Below are positions 63,753 through 64,000 of a stretch of 64,000 bases of DNA, one piece after another. How positions within the stretch are numbered: position 1 is the first letter of the stretch; every line of letters begins with the position of its first letter. The position numbers and the translations under genes are program-made. Origin of the DNA: the human T2T-CHM13v2.0 reference genome, Homo sapiens; assembly GCF_009914755.1 (NCBI RefSeq), contig NC_060940.1; one strand, given 5' to 3'. The notes below the pieces were generated by a model. That model had not been told where the DNA came from and searched no databases. It saw nothing but the letters and a program-made list of their open reading frames with translations.

Positions 63753-64000
63753 CTGGCATATGTTTCCCTGTTTTCTTCCATTTTAAGAAAATATTCATTT
63801 TAAATCTACTTTACCTGAGCCTATGGCCAGTATATACTTTACTCATTCCTTTTGAATCCTGGTCTCATCTTGAGTTTATGTTTAATGCTTTCCACCAGTT
63901 CTCTGTTGGTATGTTGCTAGTCGTTTAGGTTATTGCAAGCTTCATCTGTGACGGATTCTGCAAGGGACTGTTGATGGTTACAGTATTCCCAGAGTTGTTA

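Overview
Primate genomic DNA, almost certainly human, lying entirely inside the SNX29 (sorting nexin 29 / RUNDC2A) gene on the + strand. It contains only two coding exons (10891-10954, 64 nt; 13888-14016, 129 nt), which splice in frame to the coiled-coil segment [64 protein letters not shown]. The rest is intron with about 40 Alus, old L1/MIR fragments, MaLR/ERV solo LTRs and MER DNA-transposon relics. Nearly all ORFs in the supplied track are Alu-derived or chance. I see no prokaryotic-type system and no new protein-coding gene. Best observations: (1) a 21 x 44-bp VNTR (820-1743) grown out of an L1 3'UTR, which has gained CpGs and carries 17 copies of the classic HIF-binding octamer TACGTGCT; (2) a MER41B-type solo LTR retaining one intact STAT GAS site; (3) exon/Alu architecture compatible with a 193-nt circRNA whose back-splice junction creates a stop after a 56-aa coiled-coil ORF, plus competing poison 5' splice sites; (4) three separately rearranged Alu structures. 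Gene and repeat-family names come from recalled sequences, not from a search. Repeat boundaries are approximate unless a TSD is quoted.
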